DNA from: Paraspadella gotoi
Taxonomy: Eukaryota; Animalia; Chaetognatha
NCBI GenBank assembly: GCA_051294375.1
Contig: JBJCIZ010000239.1
Location: 5,847,074 to 5,911,073, forward strand
Direction of reading: 5' to 3'
Length of the DNA: 64,000 nt
Shown here: piece by piece, positions 63,076 through 64,000 of the stretch
Layout of the letters: each line of letters begins with the position of its first letter
Numbering within the stretch: the first letter of the stretch is position 1
Notes under the pieces: generated by a model
What the model saw: the letters and a program-made list of their open reading frames with translations, nothing else
Database searches by the model: none
Told to the model about the DNA's origin: nothing
Translations under genes and position numbers: made by a program

Positions 63076-63439
63076 TATCATTTATCATTAATTTTCATAT
63101 TCTTTTTTTCTTCTTTCTTTTTTCAATATTTTCTTTCTTTTTTCATTTTCTTCGCCACTGCCGCTTCAGCCGCGGCAGCTTCAGCCGCTGCAGATACGGA
63201 CGCCGTCGCGGCCGATGCCGAGGCCGCTTCGGCTGCTGCAGATACCGCCGTCGGCGCCTCTGCCGCCCCCCTCCGCTGTTTCGACCGAGATTCTTCCGAC
63301 ATCATTCTGAAACTTACTCACTCTAATTGTTGCACAAGTCTCTATAACTCGTTTCACTAAAATTATCCCCTTCAATCAACTCTCATCGACTCACTTTATC
63401 AGGTTTAAAAATGTATTCAACAATTTGTCAATGAAACAG

Positions 63440-63483
<44 letters not shown>

Positions 63484-63484
63484 G

Positions 63485-63731
63485 TCAAGCCTTTCCGCGA
63501 GAGGTCCCCACTTCCGCCACGATAGAGATCAGCGCCTCCGGTTTGAGTTCCACCACGGGATCGTCTCCCAACTCTTCTCCGTCGTGCAGCAACGTCAAGG
63601 AAGCGGCGCGGGCGTTCCTCACCGATATTCCCTCTCCCAAGTGGCGTTTTAGTGAAAGGGCGGAACCGCCAGTGGCGTCGCAGGATGTCGAAGCGTCACC
63701 GGTTGTCGGGTAACGACAATCGGAGGAAGAT
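63485..63731 (-). CDS. Terminal exon of a GH38 Golgi alpha-mannosidase II-like gene entering from beyond the window
   Basis: TTTTCAG acceptor; reads ..ISVRNARAASLTLLHDGEELGDDPVVELKPEALISIVAEVGTSRGKA-TGA, matching the SL(T/S)L..L.P.E C-terminal pattern of mannosidase II. There is an apparent local frameshift near 63650. Confidence 0.6.
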
Positions 63732-64000
63732 CTGAAAAATACGAAATGGTAGATAGTAACTTAATTTTATGCTTTTTATAAATCATCAGCGTTACCACGG
63801 TACCATGGTAGATGGGGGAAAAAAAAGAGCATTCTTTATACCCATCAAGGTAAAAGAAATTGCACATTAAAACATGTTTGTTACTTTTTGAGGTTCTTTA
63901 TCAATTTTTTATAGTTAGTTTAAAAAAAATATAATTCAATATAATTCTTAAAGGGATATACAAAATGCAGATTTTTTTTCCCAAAAATAATTGTAAAATA

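Larger units (their letters stand above)
58530..64000. repeat. Large inverted duplication centred on the 25-N gap 61419-61443, extending to the window end
   Basis: 58530-61410 is a noisier reverse complement of 61444-64000. Confidence 0.85.

Overview
AT-rich, repeat-dense eukaryotic (most likely invertebrate animal) genomic DNA with GT-AG introns and long GA, GAC, TTTC and ATAA microsatellites. It has eleven N-gaps. Six are exactly 25 N, and five of those are flanked by noisy inverted or tandem duplicates, which points to long-read gap filling. Hand reconstruction gives: an intronless multi-pass membrane ORF at the left edge; two long multi-exon minus-strand genes of unknown family (about 6.8-20.9 kb and 37.5-46.0 kb); and the 3' end of a GH38 Golgi alpha-mannosidase II-like gene. 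Mobile DNA includes an internally deleted BEL/Pao LTR element with a TTGAG target-site duplication, Helentron-type HINEs, Kolobok-like elements, a long-TIR element seen as both empty and filled sites, a Transib-like element with RSS-like ends, and Penelope-type hammerhead remnants. The most unusual pattern is about 12 copies of a short TIR-bounded element filled with polarised, degenerate TTAGGG-like repeats. All calls were made by eye without database searches, and coordinates in noisy regions are approximate.
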